A stretch of 64,000 nt of DNA from contig NC_068987.1 of NCBI RefSeq assembly GCF_001194135.2, forward strand, positions 5,258,577-5,322,576. The letters run 5' to 3'. The position numbers were made by a program, and so were the translations under genes. Below are positions 21,881 to 35,964 of this stretch, piece after piece (the stretch's first letter is position 1; the number at the start of each line of letters is the position of its first letter). The notes below the pieces were generated by a model, which was not told where the DNA came from, did not search any database, and saw nothing but the letters and a program-made list of their open reading frames with translations. This stretch comes from Octopus bimaculoides. Taxonomy: Eukaryota.

Positions 21881-23841
21881 GTAAGTAACGTTACCGCTAT
21901 CATCTTATAACCAACTATTACGCTCTCCTCTTACGGTGATAAGTATTTTCTAGTCTCCTATTCTCTTTTCACCCTTCACTACATCGACTGTTTTACTGTT
22001 CTCCTTTTAAATGTACCCTGTTAAAGATGTATATGTTTAATGTTGTTTGTGTACAAAAAAAGAAATAGGGAAGTATCTTTTTACATATGCTTTCCTTTTG
22101 GTAATCACCTCAGCCCTTGTGTAATTTGCGTCATCATGTAATATCCGTTATGCATCTCTTCAGCTACTAACCGGTGCACTTTCCCTTTATAAATCATTCC
22201 TTTTACAACACTGAAACATTTTATTCTATGTTTATTTTACTCTTTAAATTATTATTATATGTTGGGAACGTTAAAAAATGGGAAAAAAATCATAATACTG
22301 TATCGATTTAGATGGTCTCTACTCTCTAGTGTGATAAATCGGAAATGATTAAGAATACTTGCCAATTAACAGTCTTGGTGTATGTTTGTATTACTGAGAA
22401 AGGTATGAGCGTCACAGCCTCCATTTTTCCCCTCCTAACAATTTTTCATCATAATTCTTGTTTATGTAAGATATAAACAATAAATATTTTCCTCTTCTTC
22501 GTCATGGCCTTTCTTGTTTGCCGTGGCTAGCATCTTAGTTCGATAAACGTTTAAAAAATCAAAACCGGACTCTATTTACAAGTAAACCTCTCACACTTTT
22601 CTCTCTCTAATATTTCCAAAGCCGCACTGACTTGAAAATCAAGACGATGTGGTCAGAGCTAATACCAATAATAACTGAATAAACGATTTAATCATAAACC
22701 AGATTGACTTTACATATAAAATATTCTGTGCCTCTCTCTCTCTCTCTCTCCTCCTCTTAATTCTCTACTTTCAAAGCCGTCTTTAGTCTTTCTCATGACC
22801 CATCTAATTTATCTTTTATTTTCTCTTGCTTTTTATTTCTCTAAAGCTGTAATGTACACGATAATACTCGTTCTCTTTACATATTTATTTGGTTGTGTGA
22901 GTAAATTGTTTGTCGAATGACTTGGCTACTCTTTGTAAGACACGTTACAATCCCCTCTTTCTCCTATATAGGTGTGTTTGTATCTTAGAGATGTGTGAAT
23001 GTAAGTAGTATATAGGTTTGTAAATGTATGTGTGTGAAAGTTAATATATATATATATATGTATGTATGTATGTATGTAATGTATACGTGATCATGCTATT
23101 ATGTGTGCGTTATCTTTCAACTTATATCCTACTCCATGACATGTCTTATCACGAGGTGTTATTAAATGGTTGTGGGAGTGGGGAGGGGGATAACGTAATT
23201 ATTCTAGTCTTGTCTTCATTTATGTATTTATTATACGATGATTGGGGGGGGGNNNNNNNNNNTTTTTTTTTCTTCTTTCGTGTATGTGCACGTGCTTACT
23301 GAAAAACAGTCATAAACATATAAAACATAAGAAAATGCACATTACCCATTTATGTGTGTATAGTTGTGTGTGTGGTGGGGGTATGTATATTTATGAATGT
23401 GTGTGTATACTTATAGGCATAAAGCTTTAAATGTCCTCTTTTCCGCATATCAACTTTCCGATATTTTCTGTTTGTTTTTGCTCAACAAATTTATGTCTTA
23501 ATTTTTAGTTTTTGTTTGTGTTCCTTAGGCTCAGGTACACGGACATCATCCATGGCTCTTTCAGGCTCCCCAACTAAGTTCGTATAGTTTGATGTTAAAC
23601 TTCTGTAAATCGGTATTTGGCAGTGAAGAGCATGCAGAAGAGAGTGAAGTTCCGGGGAGAGGAGACGGTGGTGCCAAGTCCAAAGAGTTGAATTGAGATA
23701 TAGTATGAGTTATGGGGGTGGATGGTAATGCTTTTGCATGAGTCGATATACAGCATGTTCATAGAGACTATCGTTCTAGGAAAAAGAAACAGAACATAGG
23801 ATGATTGTGAGAACGAGTGGTGACTGTCAGAATCCCCAAAA

Positions 23842-23872
<31 letters not shown>

Positions 23873-24259
23873 GAAGTTGATAAAACCAACATTAACATCT
23901 TACTTAGACTGATTTTTAATCAATCTTCTGTGTTTATTTGGTGATTCTTCTACGAGCATAATTTCGATGATTTAATGACGTGTAGAGAGGCTAGCTATCA
24001 AGTTTTGGGAGTTATGAAATTACAGGACTTTCCTGCAGCTTCTCCAAATTTGACTGCAATAAAACTCAGTAAATCTACTACAAATAGTACGGCTCCCGAC
24101 TGAAATTGTACATTTTGAATTTTGAATTTAATTCAGAGAGTTAGTAATTATTACTTGTGGTGGTGGTGGTGGTGGTGGTGGGGTATGTTCTAAAACAATG
24201 TTTCTAGAATAGGAATGATAGATAATAGATAGGTGTGATGGAAACAGATGGTGTGTTGC

Positions 24260-24480
24260 TCAACCTGATAAACGTCTATCCAGTACATACACACCAATAG
24301 CAAAAACAATTTTGTCTTGATTGTGCCATTCTTCTCCGTTTTGACGCAGATTGCTTGACCAAATCATTTTCCTGTTGTTCCAGTCTCTTGGATACCACTC
24401 AGCAACTGCATGAGTGCACCTGTTATTTGTGACATGTCCAGCCCAATGGAACCTGCGTTTTTGGTATTCTGTGATCACTC
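24260..24480 (-). mobile_element. Degenerate RTE LINE C-terminal fragment
   Basis: RRFHWAGHVTNNRCTHAVAEWYPRDW resembles the RTE pattern RWAGHV..DNRW...EWxPR. Confidence 0.65.
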
Positions 24481-27024
24481 TTCTCCGTTCTCGAATTATC
24501 TCAAATGAAAGGAAATAAAAAATAAGATAGTCACTTGTATGGAAATTGGGTAACTGGATTTATGAATCCAGGGGTTGAAGGAAGCAAAAAAATATGAAAC
24601 ATGAATTGGTTCCAAATCAGTTCTGATCAGGATAGTAATGGAAAATCGGGAGTGGCGCCCTCAAAGCGCATGTTGAAGCAAATTTTTGTGTGAAAGCTAA
24701 AATGCTGTTGGACAGTGAGGTGCTTGTAATAGTTTCAATATATTTCACTTTGAAAGGCAGGTGAGCTGGCAGAAACGTTAGCACACCGGGTGAAGTGCTT
24801 AGCGGTATTTCGTCTGCCGTTACGTTCTGAGTTCAAATTCCGCTGAGGTTGACTTTGCCTTTCATCATTTCGGGGTCGATAAATTAAGTTCCAGTTACGC
24901 ACTGGGGTCGATGTAATCAACTTAATCCGTTTGTCTGTCCTTGTTTGTCCCCTCTATGTTTAGTCCCTTGTGGGCAATAAAGAAATAAGAACCGATAGAA
25001 TGCCAGGCAAAATGCTTAGCAAACTGCTCTCAGTATTTCTTGGGGCTCTCTATATTCTAAATTCAAATTCTGCAATGGTTGACTTTGCCTTTTGTTCATT
25101 TGGGTTTATGAAATGAGCACCAGTCATGTACTGGGGCTGATGTAATCAGCTTACGCTCCATCATCATCATCACCGTCATCCCTTGTCCATGCTGGCTTGG
25201 GTTGAATGGTTTGACAGGAGCTGGAGAGCTGCACCAGGCTCCAGTTGTCTGTTTCGGCTGGATGCCCTCTTCAACACCAACCACTTTACAAAGTGCACTG
25301 GGTGCATTTTACATGGCACCAGCGCAGGTGTTTTTGATGTGGCACTAGCAAAAGTGCTTTTCGTGTGACACCAGCACAGGTGCTTTTAATGTAGCACTGG
25401 CACAGGTGCTATTTATGTGACTCCTGGCTAGTGCCAAAATTTGATACCTTTATTTCTGAGTTCAAATTCTACCAAGGTCACCTTTGCCTTTCATCCTTTC
25501 AGGATCAATAAAATAAGTACCAGTTGCATACTGGGGGGGGCGATGTAGACCCCAGGTTGGTAACCACTGCTAAAGTAGAAAGGATTATATTATTATTATT
25601 CAGTTTACCTTGTAATGTTTAATGATGTATAATTGGATAAAATTCATGCACTGCTTTGTTCCTTCCCTGCTTCCTAATTTAACTTTATTGCTGTTACATT
25701 ACCTTTGATATGTCTCAACAAAGATCTTTTCCTTGTCGTGTAACGATGCTGGACAGTTTAATAAATTCTTATGTGTGTAGTTTTGGCTAAGTGCAGTTCT
25801 TCTGTTTTGCTACTTGATAGAAGCTCACCCAAATATTTGTTAGGATGTCTTGGTCAATAATGGATTACATTTCTGTTCCATGGTAAAAAATTAATAAATA
25901 AAAGAAAGAGCTTATAATTACATAATTGGTTGCAATCACAAGTAATTGGCCATCCTATCTATTCACTCTGTGAAGTACAGCTGCAAAGCGAAATACAGGA
26001 CATATGTAAATAATTTAATGACCGTCATTGAGATATAATGTATTTGTATGCACAAGCACCTGCATGGTTGTAAGGTAAGAAGTTAGCTTCTCTACCTCTT
26101 GGTTTTAAGTTCAGTCCCACTGTATGGTAGGTATTTTACGCTAATGCCTTCAACTGAGACTCCAGACTAACCAAAGCCTTGTGAGCGGGTTTGGTGAACT
26201 GAAACTGCAAGATGCCTGCTGGGACATGGGGGGAGCACACACCTATGTCAGGAAGTAAATAGAGACCCCTCATTATACTGTTTCATCTCTGCGGAAATTT
26301 CTCATTATGAAGTCCAAATGGGTTAAATCACGAGGCATGTCTACTAAATACTAGATCAAGTATTTAAATGCATCAAATGACATTATTTTGTTTCTAGAAA
26401 TAAAGTTTTCAAAAAATGATGATGTCATCATCATTGTTTAACGTCTGCCTTCCATGCTAGCATGGGTGAGACAGTTTCACAAGATTTTTACTGCTGGATG
26501 CCCTTCCTAACACCAACCGCCCAGCAGAGTGGACTGAGTGCTTTTTACGTGGCACAAGCACAAGCGAGTCTGTTTATTTTTAAGATGTGTGTGTATTACT
26601 GTCTCCTTTCCTTGACATCGCATAATAGTTGTAAACGAATGTCACCATCATATAAGTGGTGTCCTTTGTTCCCAATCTTCTGTGAAAACATATCTGGTTA
26701 TGGGGAAATACTGCTTTGCTTGGAAACAGGTGAGGGTTGATGAAGAGAAGGACAACATCCAGCTTTAGAAACTCTGCCTCTACAAATTCCATCTGACCCA
26801 TGTAACTGGAAACCGTTCCTGTGCTCCTTAGAAAAGTAATGTGTATTATCCCATGTAACTATGGAAAAGAGGGAATTAATCGATGATAAGAACGCTTAAT
26901 TCTACATGACTCAGTTTCTGAGAGTGTGAGTGTAGTTGGGAGGTGGGGTGCTACAAATTTCTGGACGAATTGATTGTAGAATAATCGTTATGAATTTATC
27001 TCTTATCTGTCTAATGTTACATTT

Positions 27025-27350
27025 CTAATTATGCCCACTCATTAGCCTTACACAAAACCAATGAGAGCACTTGGTCAACTTTCTGATTCCTCTTGTGCTT
27101 TTTCTTTCGGTACATTTGCACTTCTTTGTTTTACAAGCACACTGACATGCCCCCACCCCATGGAGCATGCTAGCTTCCTTTCTTTCCACCCTTTGCATGT
27201 CCTCTATATTCATGGCCCATGTTTCATTACCATGTAGCATTGCTCTTCATACATGAACATCATGCAATCTGCCTTTCCATCTGAGAGACCTTTCGCTGCC
27301 AGCAGAGGTAATAACTCTCAGAACTTTTCTCGAACAGGTTTTTATTCCAG
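27025..27350 (-). mobile_element. Degenerate RTE LINE fragment
   Basis: MLHGNETWAMNIEDMQRVERKEASML resembles LYGSETW...RLERxExxMLR. Confidence 0.65.
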
Positions 27351-27490
27351 TAATTATGCTTTCAGAATTCCTTGACTGCTAATTAGGTCACTTTGTAAAA
27401 GAAACCATCTTACTACCTTTAGAGATCCTCTTGCACTTTCAAATACACACGCACATGTAGCATCATCTAATGTTTGTATTCCATATAGGT

Positions 27491-27652
27491 GCTGCAGTGG
27501 CTGTGTGGTAAGTAGCTTGCTTACCAACCACATGGTTCCGGGTTCAGTCCCACTGCCTGGCACCTTGCGCAAGTGTCTTCTGCTATAGCCTCAGGCCGAC
27601 CAAAGCCTTGTGAGTGGATTTGGTAGAGGGAAACTGAAAGAAGCCTGTCGTG

Positions 27653-27703
<51 letters not shown>

Positions 27704-27830
27704 GTGTGTGTGTGTATGTGTGTGTGTATATATTTGTGTCCCCCATCATCGCTTGACAATTGATGTTGGTGTGTTTACATCACTGTAACTTAGCAGTTTG
27801 GCAAAAGAGACCAGTTCAGCAAAAGATACA
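27491..27830 (+). mobile_element. tRNA-headed SINE family A (central (TA)/(TG) microsatellite)
   Basis: Head GTGGCTGTGTGGTAAG...GGTTCCGGGTTCAGTCCC (A/B-box-like), core GCACCTTGGGCAAGTGTCTTCTACTATAGCC, tail ...GACTGAAACAAGTAAAAGA. Other copies at about 296-415(-), 1822-2000(+), 3430-3600(+), 11530-11870(+), 11916-12075(+), 13610-13810(+), 16570-16740(+), 17975-18390(+), 20195-20400(+), 30245-30418(-), 34870-35185(-), 35630-35850(+), 38500-38740(+), 47230-47528(-), 48020-48150(-), 50465-50720(+), 55768-56078(-), 57710-57920(-) and 61245-61628(-). Confidence 0.85.
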
Positions 27831-28084
27831 GCATGCCAGCATGGACAACGGACATTAAATGATGATGTGTGATTGTGTGCATGTTTGTCTCCTTATCTTG
27901 ATGTCACATGATAGTTGTAAAAGTGAACGTCACTGTCAAATATAATGTAATAATATACATAATACATTGTAAATATTTACGGAACTCTTGTATCCGTATA
28001 CTCCTCATATATCTCCTCAGGATATGTAGATCATGAAATGATGCGAGATTAAATGCTTATAGGAGAAAACAAAAATGACAGTGT

Positions 28085-28480
28085 TGAACCTACACCAGTG
28101 TCACATAACCAGCCCACTCAAAAAGTACCTTGGATCGTAGGGCGATATGTTGTGCTTAAGGAGACCTATTGAGTCAAGTACATCAACATCAAAATGAAAT
28201 CAAATGGAAATTGTAGTTGTGGTTCCCATGCTGGTGGCACGTAAAAAGCACCATTTGATCATGGTCGATGCCAGTCCGCTCTGGCTCCTGTGCCGGTGGC
28301 ATGTAAAAAAGCACCCACTACACTTTCGGAGTGGTTGGTGTTAGGAAGGGCATCCAGCTGTAGAAACTTTACCAGATCAGGTTAGAGCCTGGTGCAGCCT
28401 CCTGGCTTCCCAGATCTCAATCGAACCATCCAACCCATGCCAGTATGGAAAATGGACGTTAAACGATGATGATGATGATG
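28085..28480 (+). mobile_element. RTE-LINE 3' end copy
   Basis: Degenerate ORF end (gcgatatgttgtgcttaaggagacc) followed by the modules and the (GAT)n tail. Confidence 0.75.
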
Positions 28481-28892
28481 ACCTGTATTATGACCTTTAT
28501 ACTAACCTTTTTAAAACCGATTATAGTTCAGAAATGGAAGGGGAATATTTCTGAAATCCAATCTCTGAGAGGTCAAATTTTCAATTCAGTATTCATTTAG
28601 TTGTGAATTTTTAAAAGTTCTGGTCTTACAATTTTGGAATCTACAGATCATTCTGATTCCAGAGACAAGATTTTATAGAGATAAACCAAAGAAAATGTTA
28701 TGGCAATTCAAAAAACTGCAACCTCAAAACAATATCACATAACATTGTAGTAGATTTGGCTGTTACTTCTAGCAGGTTAAGTGACTACTGATGGTTCATC
28801 TCATTTGATGTGCATTAGCAGATGGATGTAGGATTAAGAGGGTGGACTGGGTTGTTAAATCTAAAGGGGGGTGCTGGAATATATGGTCGCAT

Positions 28893-29151
28893 CTTAAATA
28901 AATGTGCCCTTTTAAAGCCTGGCCAGGCTCATGGGCCCAGCTTCCCAGTTTCAATGGTGTATGTGTTCCCCACCTGGATGGGATGCCAGTCCATCGCAGC
29001 GTTACTCATTTTTACCAGCTGAGTGGACTGGAGCAACATGAAAATGAAGTGTTTTGCTCAAGAACACAACGCATCGCCCGGTCCAGGAATTGAAACCACA
29101 ATCTTACGATCATGATGCTGCCACCCTAACCACTAAGCCACGCGCCTCCAC
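28893..29151 (-). mobile_element. tRNA-headed SINE family D
   Basis: Head GGAGGCGCGTGGCTTAGTGGTTAGGG...GGTTTCAATTCC, core TTCTTGAGCAAAACACTTCATTT...GCGATGGACTGGCATCCCATCCAGG. Related copies at about 35385-35620, 40670-40980, 53560-53720 and 60730-61000 (+). Confidence 0.75.
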
Positions 29152-29981
29152 ATGGTCACATCTTAGTGACATCAAAGTAATCCAGTGGTTTCCAAACAGA
29201 GTGTAGCAAAACCCTAGGGTACCACAAGCAGAAGTTAAGGGTGTCAAGTTGGTGGTAGTTAGGGGTGTCGTGGACGACAAGTAAAGGTGTCAGAGAAGGC
29301 AATCAGGGGTATTTACATATGGTAATTAAGAGTATCATAGGAAGTGATTAAGGGTTCTGTAAGCAGCTGTTCGGAATGTGCCCTGATTTTAGATTTAAAA
29401 CCACGCAATTCACAAATGACATCAACAAGGGGATCATGTGGTCTTCTCCATAGAAAAGCAGAATGATGATGATTATGGAAACATTAGAAAAACCACCAAA
29501 CTAATCTGTTGTTATAATTAATCAATTATAATTAACAAATAATGAGGTTGTCTGATGTTTTTTTTTTGTTTTTTGTTTTTTTTAATATGACTTTGTTCCA
29601 AACAAGGCTTGAGGCCATTGTAGTATAAAGGACCACAAAGAAGGGAAAGAAGGGGGCTGCAAATTCAAAAGATGTTGATTGTCAGAAAGCTTAAAGAATG
29701 GAATGCTATAGACCTGGGAAATAGAAGACAGTGGTGAATCCTGGAGAGGAGCAGTTTGAGGAAAGCAGGCAGCTCAGAAGAGAAGTGACATGTTTAAAAG
29801 TCTTGACAGAGGATATTAGACCAGAAAGTTCATCAGAGCAATCATCCTCATCTTTTAACGTCTGGCATGGGTTGGACGGTTTGACCAGGACTGGTAAGCT
29901 GAGGGACTGTACCAGACTCTAGTCTGATTTGGCACGGTGTCTATGGTTGAATGCTCCTTCCTAATGCCAACCATGGAAATA

Positions 29982-30232
29982 CAGTAGAACTTNNNNNNNN
30001 NNNNNNNNNNNNNNNNGAATACGAGCGGAAATCCACAGTACGAGCACACAAATCGTCCCATCTTTAAAGCAATTCTGTTAATAAAACCAGTTTCCATATT
30101 TCTTTTACATTCTCTTTTTTATAATTGTTGTTTTACTTATAACTACACCTTTTCACTTTTAAACCCCATAAATTATTTTTGAGTGGTTTTGGGGGACCGA
30201 AATGGATTTAATTATATTTTAGTTAATTTCAA
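29982..30232. mobile_element. pogo/Tigger-like MITE, truncated copy in opposite orientation to 59703-59987
   Basis: TA|CAGTAGAAC start; cacacaaatcgtcccatctttaaagcaattctgttaataaaaccagtt is the reverse complement of 59860-59907. Confidence 0.7.
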
Positions 30233-31778
30233 TACTCTTTACACTTTACTCTCTTACTTGTTTCAGTCATTTAACTGCGGCCATGCTGGAGCACCGCCTT
30301 TAGTCGAGCAAATCGACCCCAGAGCTTATTCTTTGTAAGCCTAGTACTTATTCTATCTCTTTTACCAAACCGCTAAGTTACGGGGACGTAAACACACCAG
30401 CATCGGTTGTCAAGCGAAAGAAGTCTGTTATATATTTACATATGTGTGTGTTTGTACCCATAACTTAGCAGTTCAGCAAAAAGGGCAAATAGAATAAGTA
30501 CCTGGCTTTAAAAAAAACAAGACGTACTGGGGTCAATTCATTCGACTAAAAATCCTTCAAAGCATTGCTCCAGCATGGCCACATTTTAATGACAGAAACA
30601 AAGAAAAGATAATATATGATTCATAATTGTGGTAGTTTGTAACGAGATGTAAAAGGTTAATAATCAACTTTTGATTTATTTTACTTTTTTTTTTTTTATT
30701 ATTTAAAAAAAATTTTTTAAATTTTTTCCTTGTTGCTCCATGAACAAAGGACTTTTGTCTGTTCTGTAGACTGAGTTTTGTTAGTTGTATTTGTTTCACC
30801 GAGATTTATGCCAGAAATATCACGGTATCACGATAATGAACCTGCTTTATCTTGTAGAAATTATTGTATATCTGATATAAAACTTTGTGTTTTGGGCTGA
30901 AAATCATTATTCAGAGATAAAATCAAACGGGTGGTGTGTAACTATCACTTTCAGTATGTCACCAGTGTTGTGTTCTAGTTCTCAATGAATGTAATCTGTG
31001 GCCCTGTTTTTGACTTGCCATTTGGAATCACTTTCAGTTGGGAAAGGCATGAAAATCACAACTTCCTGCTTTTTTGTTTTTGCTTCAGTCAATTTAGGAT
31101 TTCCTCATTTGTGTTAGTAGGAAAGCCAGTTACCCATAGAATCTAAACCAAAGCATGCCTGGGACCTGGTACAGCTCTTTGGCTTGCCAGTTCTGGTCAA
31201 ACTGTCTAACCCATGCCAGCATGGAAAACAGATGTTAAAAAGCACCATCCAAGTGTGATTGTTGCCAGCGTCGCCTTACTGGCACGTGAAAAACAACATT
31301 CGAGCGTGGTTGTTGTCAGTGACTCTGGGCTCGCTTCCATGCAGGTGGCACGTAAAAAACACTTTTTGAGTGTGGTCATTGCCAGTACTGCGTGACTGGC
31401 CCTCGTGCCAGTTGCACGTAAAAGCACCCACTACACTCTCTGAGTGGTTGGCATTAGGAAGGGCATCCGGCTGTAGAAACTTTGCCAGATCAGATTGGAG
31501 CCTGATGCAGCCTTCTGGATTGCCAGCATATATATATATATATCATCATCATCATCATCATCGTTGTCATCGTTTAACATCCACTTTCCATGCTGGCATG
31601 GGTTGGATGGTTTGACTGAGGACTGGCAAGCCAGAAGGCTGCACCAGGCTCCAATGTGATATNNNNNNNNNNNNNNNNNNNNNNNNNNNNNNNNNNNNNN
31701 NNNNNNNNNNNNNNNNNNNNNNNNNNNNNNNNNNNNNNNNNNNNNNNNNNNNNNNNNNNNNNNNNNNNNNNNNNNNNN

Positions 31779-31811
<33 letters not shown>

Positions 31812-32295
31812 AATAAAAAATGTCAAGTATTTCCTTTTGTGAATATTTCTTTTAGTTGTCAAATTTTGATATCACCCTGATTTTCTTCTAGGTTTCAAAT
31901 ATTTAATTTATGAATTTTATAAATTCTCGCATTGCAGAGGTGTTGAAAATCTGTAGGGAAAGATCAAGCATAATGGTTGAATGTCAGTGATGTTGACATT
32001 TACCAGTCTGGGAAAAAATCTACAATGGCAATGGGTATTGTCAATGTTTCTTGGATGAACTAATTAAGAAGACAAAAGTAATTACATGTTTCATTTGAAT
32101 ATCCACTTTTTCATGCTTGCATGGGTTGGACAGAATTTGCTCAGGCTGACTTTTCTGTGACCAGACACCCTTCCCAATATCAATCAACCTTCACCTGTTT
32201 TCAAGTAAGGCAATGTACCCTTCCGTACCCAGATGTGTTTTTCGTAGAAAGATTGGAAACGAAGGACACCTCTCTGTGACAGTGACACTCTTCTA

Positions 32296-32523
32296 TTGGG
32301 TTGTCCGGAAAGTTCGTGCCAATTTTTAAAGGAAAGAAAAAGGTCGATAAATACTTGCCATTACATTTTTAATCAACCAAATATGAACCACTTTGTTGCA
32401 CAATGCATCTCTCTCTTTCCTTTAACTTGAAAATACCCTCTTCCCAGAATTGAGGGGGTTTCATGGCAAATAAGTCAAAAGATAAGCTACTATAAATCGG
32501 CACGAACTTTCCGGACAACCCAA
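32296..32523 (-). mobile_element. Mariner-derived MITE (228 bp)
   Basis: Perfect TIRs TTGGGTTGTCCGGAAAGTTCGTGCC / GGCACGAACTTTCCGGACAACCCAA with TA TSDs. The interior encodes a mariner C-terminus (KPPQFWEEGIFKLKER...SGSYLVD*). Confidence 0.9.
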
Positions 32524-33325
32524 TATAACTATTAAGTGATGCCAAGACAAGGAGACACCAACTCGTGCTGCACAGACTTATGTACAAATATATGACAGAC
32601 TTCTTTGAGTTTTGGTCTTCCAAATCCATTCACGAGGCCTTGCTTGGCCTGGGGCTATAGTAGAAGACACTTGCCTAAGGGACACTACCATAAATTTCAA
32701 TGTTTATAATAGCTTTCATCCTTTCGTACATATATAATCACTGAAATATGCTGTGTGATTCATTTAATTATGAAGAGCTTCAAGCATTTTTATTAGGTTT
32801 AGCTTTATAAACAGGATAAATAGAATTGTAACATGAGTTTTATATATATGCATGTGTATGTGTATATTTATTATACTTAAACAAGAATATATTACCTTAC
32901 TTGAAAACAGGTGAGGGTTGACATTGAGAAGGGCCTCTGGTCACAGAAAAATCAGCCTCAACAAATTCTGTCCAACCCGTGCAAGCATGGAAAAGTGGAT
33001 ATTCAAATGAAACATATAATTATTTTTGTCAAGCCATTGTCAGATTGCAATGGCCTTATATAGTATCTGTTGTGTTAAAATCTTTGGATGTGTGGCTTCG
33101 AGTGGAGTGGTAATTAGGTCTTCAGAGTGTGTTGTTATGGAGGGGTGGTTTGGAGAAATTTTTATTGATTCAATTTGCACCTATGTTTTTGTTCAGAATC
33201 TATTCATGTGTGTAGAACTTTATAGCAGGTGTGAATATTTAGGAGTGTCACTTTCAGTAGGTTGGTATAGGATAGGTCAGTAGTTTTAGTTTTTGGTTTT
33301 ATTGAATTTAATCCTTTGGTATCTA

Positions 33326-33377
<52 letters not shown>

Positions 33378-34157
33378 AATAATATATGAGTATATGCGTA
33401 TATACGTACATGTATGTACATACCTACATCTACATGTATATATAGATGCATATCTGGGTACAGGATGTTGCAAAAAAACATGGACAAAATGATAAACAGA
33501 GTACAGAAAACACACAGGCCACATAGAGAACATTTCCTTCTGTAGCTGCCACCACTCTAAAACTAAGCTTTTCGAAGAGTTAGGGTAGGACGCATTGTTA
33601 GAATGGCTCTTCCCACGGACCACAAATTAAATTTGTACCATGGAGGAATGTAGTGGCGGACAGAAAGCAAGACAGGAAAACAAAACAGTGAAAATAAACA
33701 AAAAAGGCTATACGGCCAGACGTGAAAAAATATATATAATTGTTATTATTTTTTTTTAATCAGCAGAAGTTATAAAGTGATTCAAGGATCAAGAATTTCA
33801 AGTGTAGCACTTATCAAATTTGACTAAGCCCTACATGAAACTCTCAGCCCTTGACTCATTTTTTCACTTTTTTGTTGATTTCAAAATGACCAAAAAAAAA
33901 AAAAAAAAACAATTTTATTATTAATCTTGCGTTTGAAACTGAACTTGTGTGTTTGGGAGTTGGAGTTAGTTTAGGGTCAGGGTTGAAAATAAGTTTTAGA
34001 TGACCGGAATCACTGTCAATAAAATTGTACTAGCTCCAATCATATTGTAACACAATATGTTGAGATTTAGACAATATTTTAATCTCAATCTCGGAAAGGA
34101 AGGATTAGATATCTGACGAGTTTATTTCCTTTTAAAATGTGTATCAAGTTACTTTAA

Positions 34158-34378
34158 CCCTTTCATAACTAAATCAGCTGAAACCGGTTCTGGCTCTGAG
34201 TACAAATGTCTTGTTTTCGTAAGTTCTGGATTAAAATCTTCCACCAAACCTTAGTCACAATTTATGAAACTAACACTAGCTTAATGATAACTAAGTTATT
34301 TTACTAAATTCTTTGTTATATTTATGATTAATTGAAAGAAACACAGAGCATCTCAAAATAAATACAATAATGAAAGGG
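34158..34378. mobile_element. piggyBac-like MITE (221 bp)
   Basis: TTAA|CCCTTTCAT ... ATGAAAGGG|TTAA: TIRs with TTAA target duplication. Confidence 0.8.
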
Positions 34379-35063
34379 TTAAGATATATAACAGAGAAGC
34401 AATTCTTAAAGTGTCCAACCATCTAGTTTTTAGCTGACGTACTTTAAGATGTTTCTTTTCATTTATAGTCTGTTTGTTTTATGCTATTTTTTAATAGTTT
34501 AATTTTCATATATCCTGTTACTTTATAACTTTTTGTTAAACACAACCTAATTTTTTTTTAGTTATCTAAGGATTGGTTGTCTTGTTTAACTCTTTGTGAC
34601 TTTAATAATATAAACAATTTCGTAACGGCTGCGTTTCAACCAAAACTTCAGCAGCTTAGGGTACTAAAATTAGCTCAAAGATTCCCATTAGTCATGTATG
34701 CTGTGTGCTTTCAATCAATATAAGAAATATCTAATTAAGTCTAATTAGGAATAGAGTAATTAGAGATGGTGGTACCATTAATTAACAAGTTGAATAAAGA
34801 GGCTTAGTGTACTGACTTCATAACCCGGAACAAAAGATGTTTCTTTTTCAAATAAAATCATTTTTTATTCTTCACTCATTGGACTGTGGCCATGCTGGGG
34901 CGTTGCCCTGAAGGGTTTTAGTCAAACTAATCAACCTCAGGACCTGTATTTTTTAAAGGCTGGTATTTATTTTATCAGTCTCTTTTGCTGAACCGTTAAG
35001 TTATGGGGATGTTAAAAAAATCAACACTAATTGTAAAGTGACAACAGTGGGGGACATGCACAC

Positions 35064-35122
<59 letters not shown>

Positions 35123-35964
35123 AGGTGCCATGAAGTGGGACTGAACCTGGTTGGGAAGTTAACCTTCTTACCACACAACCATGCCTTTATTTTATTTTTT
35201 CTTGTGTAATTTCTTACATTGAAGCCAGTCCTTGTGGGTGGTCATAATTTATGACTACCTTTCTCAAAGGTAACCAAGTGTATGAAACGAACGGCAGNNN
35301 NNNNNNNTTGTTTCCCCCCTCCCATCATCACCACTATTGTTATAATCATAATATCTCCCTGTTGAGACAAACGATGAGAATGCATAGCCCAGTAGTTAGG
35401 ATGTTGCCCTAATGATTGCAAGGTTGTGGTTTCAATTTCCAGGTCAGGTGGTGCATTGTATTCTTGAGCAAAACACTTCATTTCTCTTTGTTTTGCCAGT
35501 CCATTCAGCTGTAAATGAGTAACTCTGTAATAGACTGACATCCTGTTGAAAGAGGAGATGTTGTGATCTCAATTACTTATGCGTCCTGGAAACTCCTTAA
35601 CCAGCCCTATGAGTCATAAGATTTGAGTCAATAACACAAGTGTCTTCCACTATAACTTTGGGCCAACCAAAGCCTTGTGAGTGGATTGGGTAGGCAGAAA
35701 CTGAAAGAAGCCCATTCTCTCTCTATATATATATGTGTATGTGTGTCTGTACTTCCCCACCATCACTTGACAACCGATGTTGGTGTGTTTACTTCCCTGT
35801 AACTTACCAGTTTGGCAAAAGAGCCTGATAGAATAATTACTGAACTTGTTGTAGAGGAGTTATATGGCTTCTCACATTTAGAAGAGAATAAATAGTGGTG
35901 ATGATTTAAAATAATTTGTTGAGAATTCTTTCTGATGATTTGATTTCTGTTTTGTATTTTTCAG

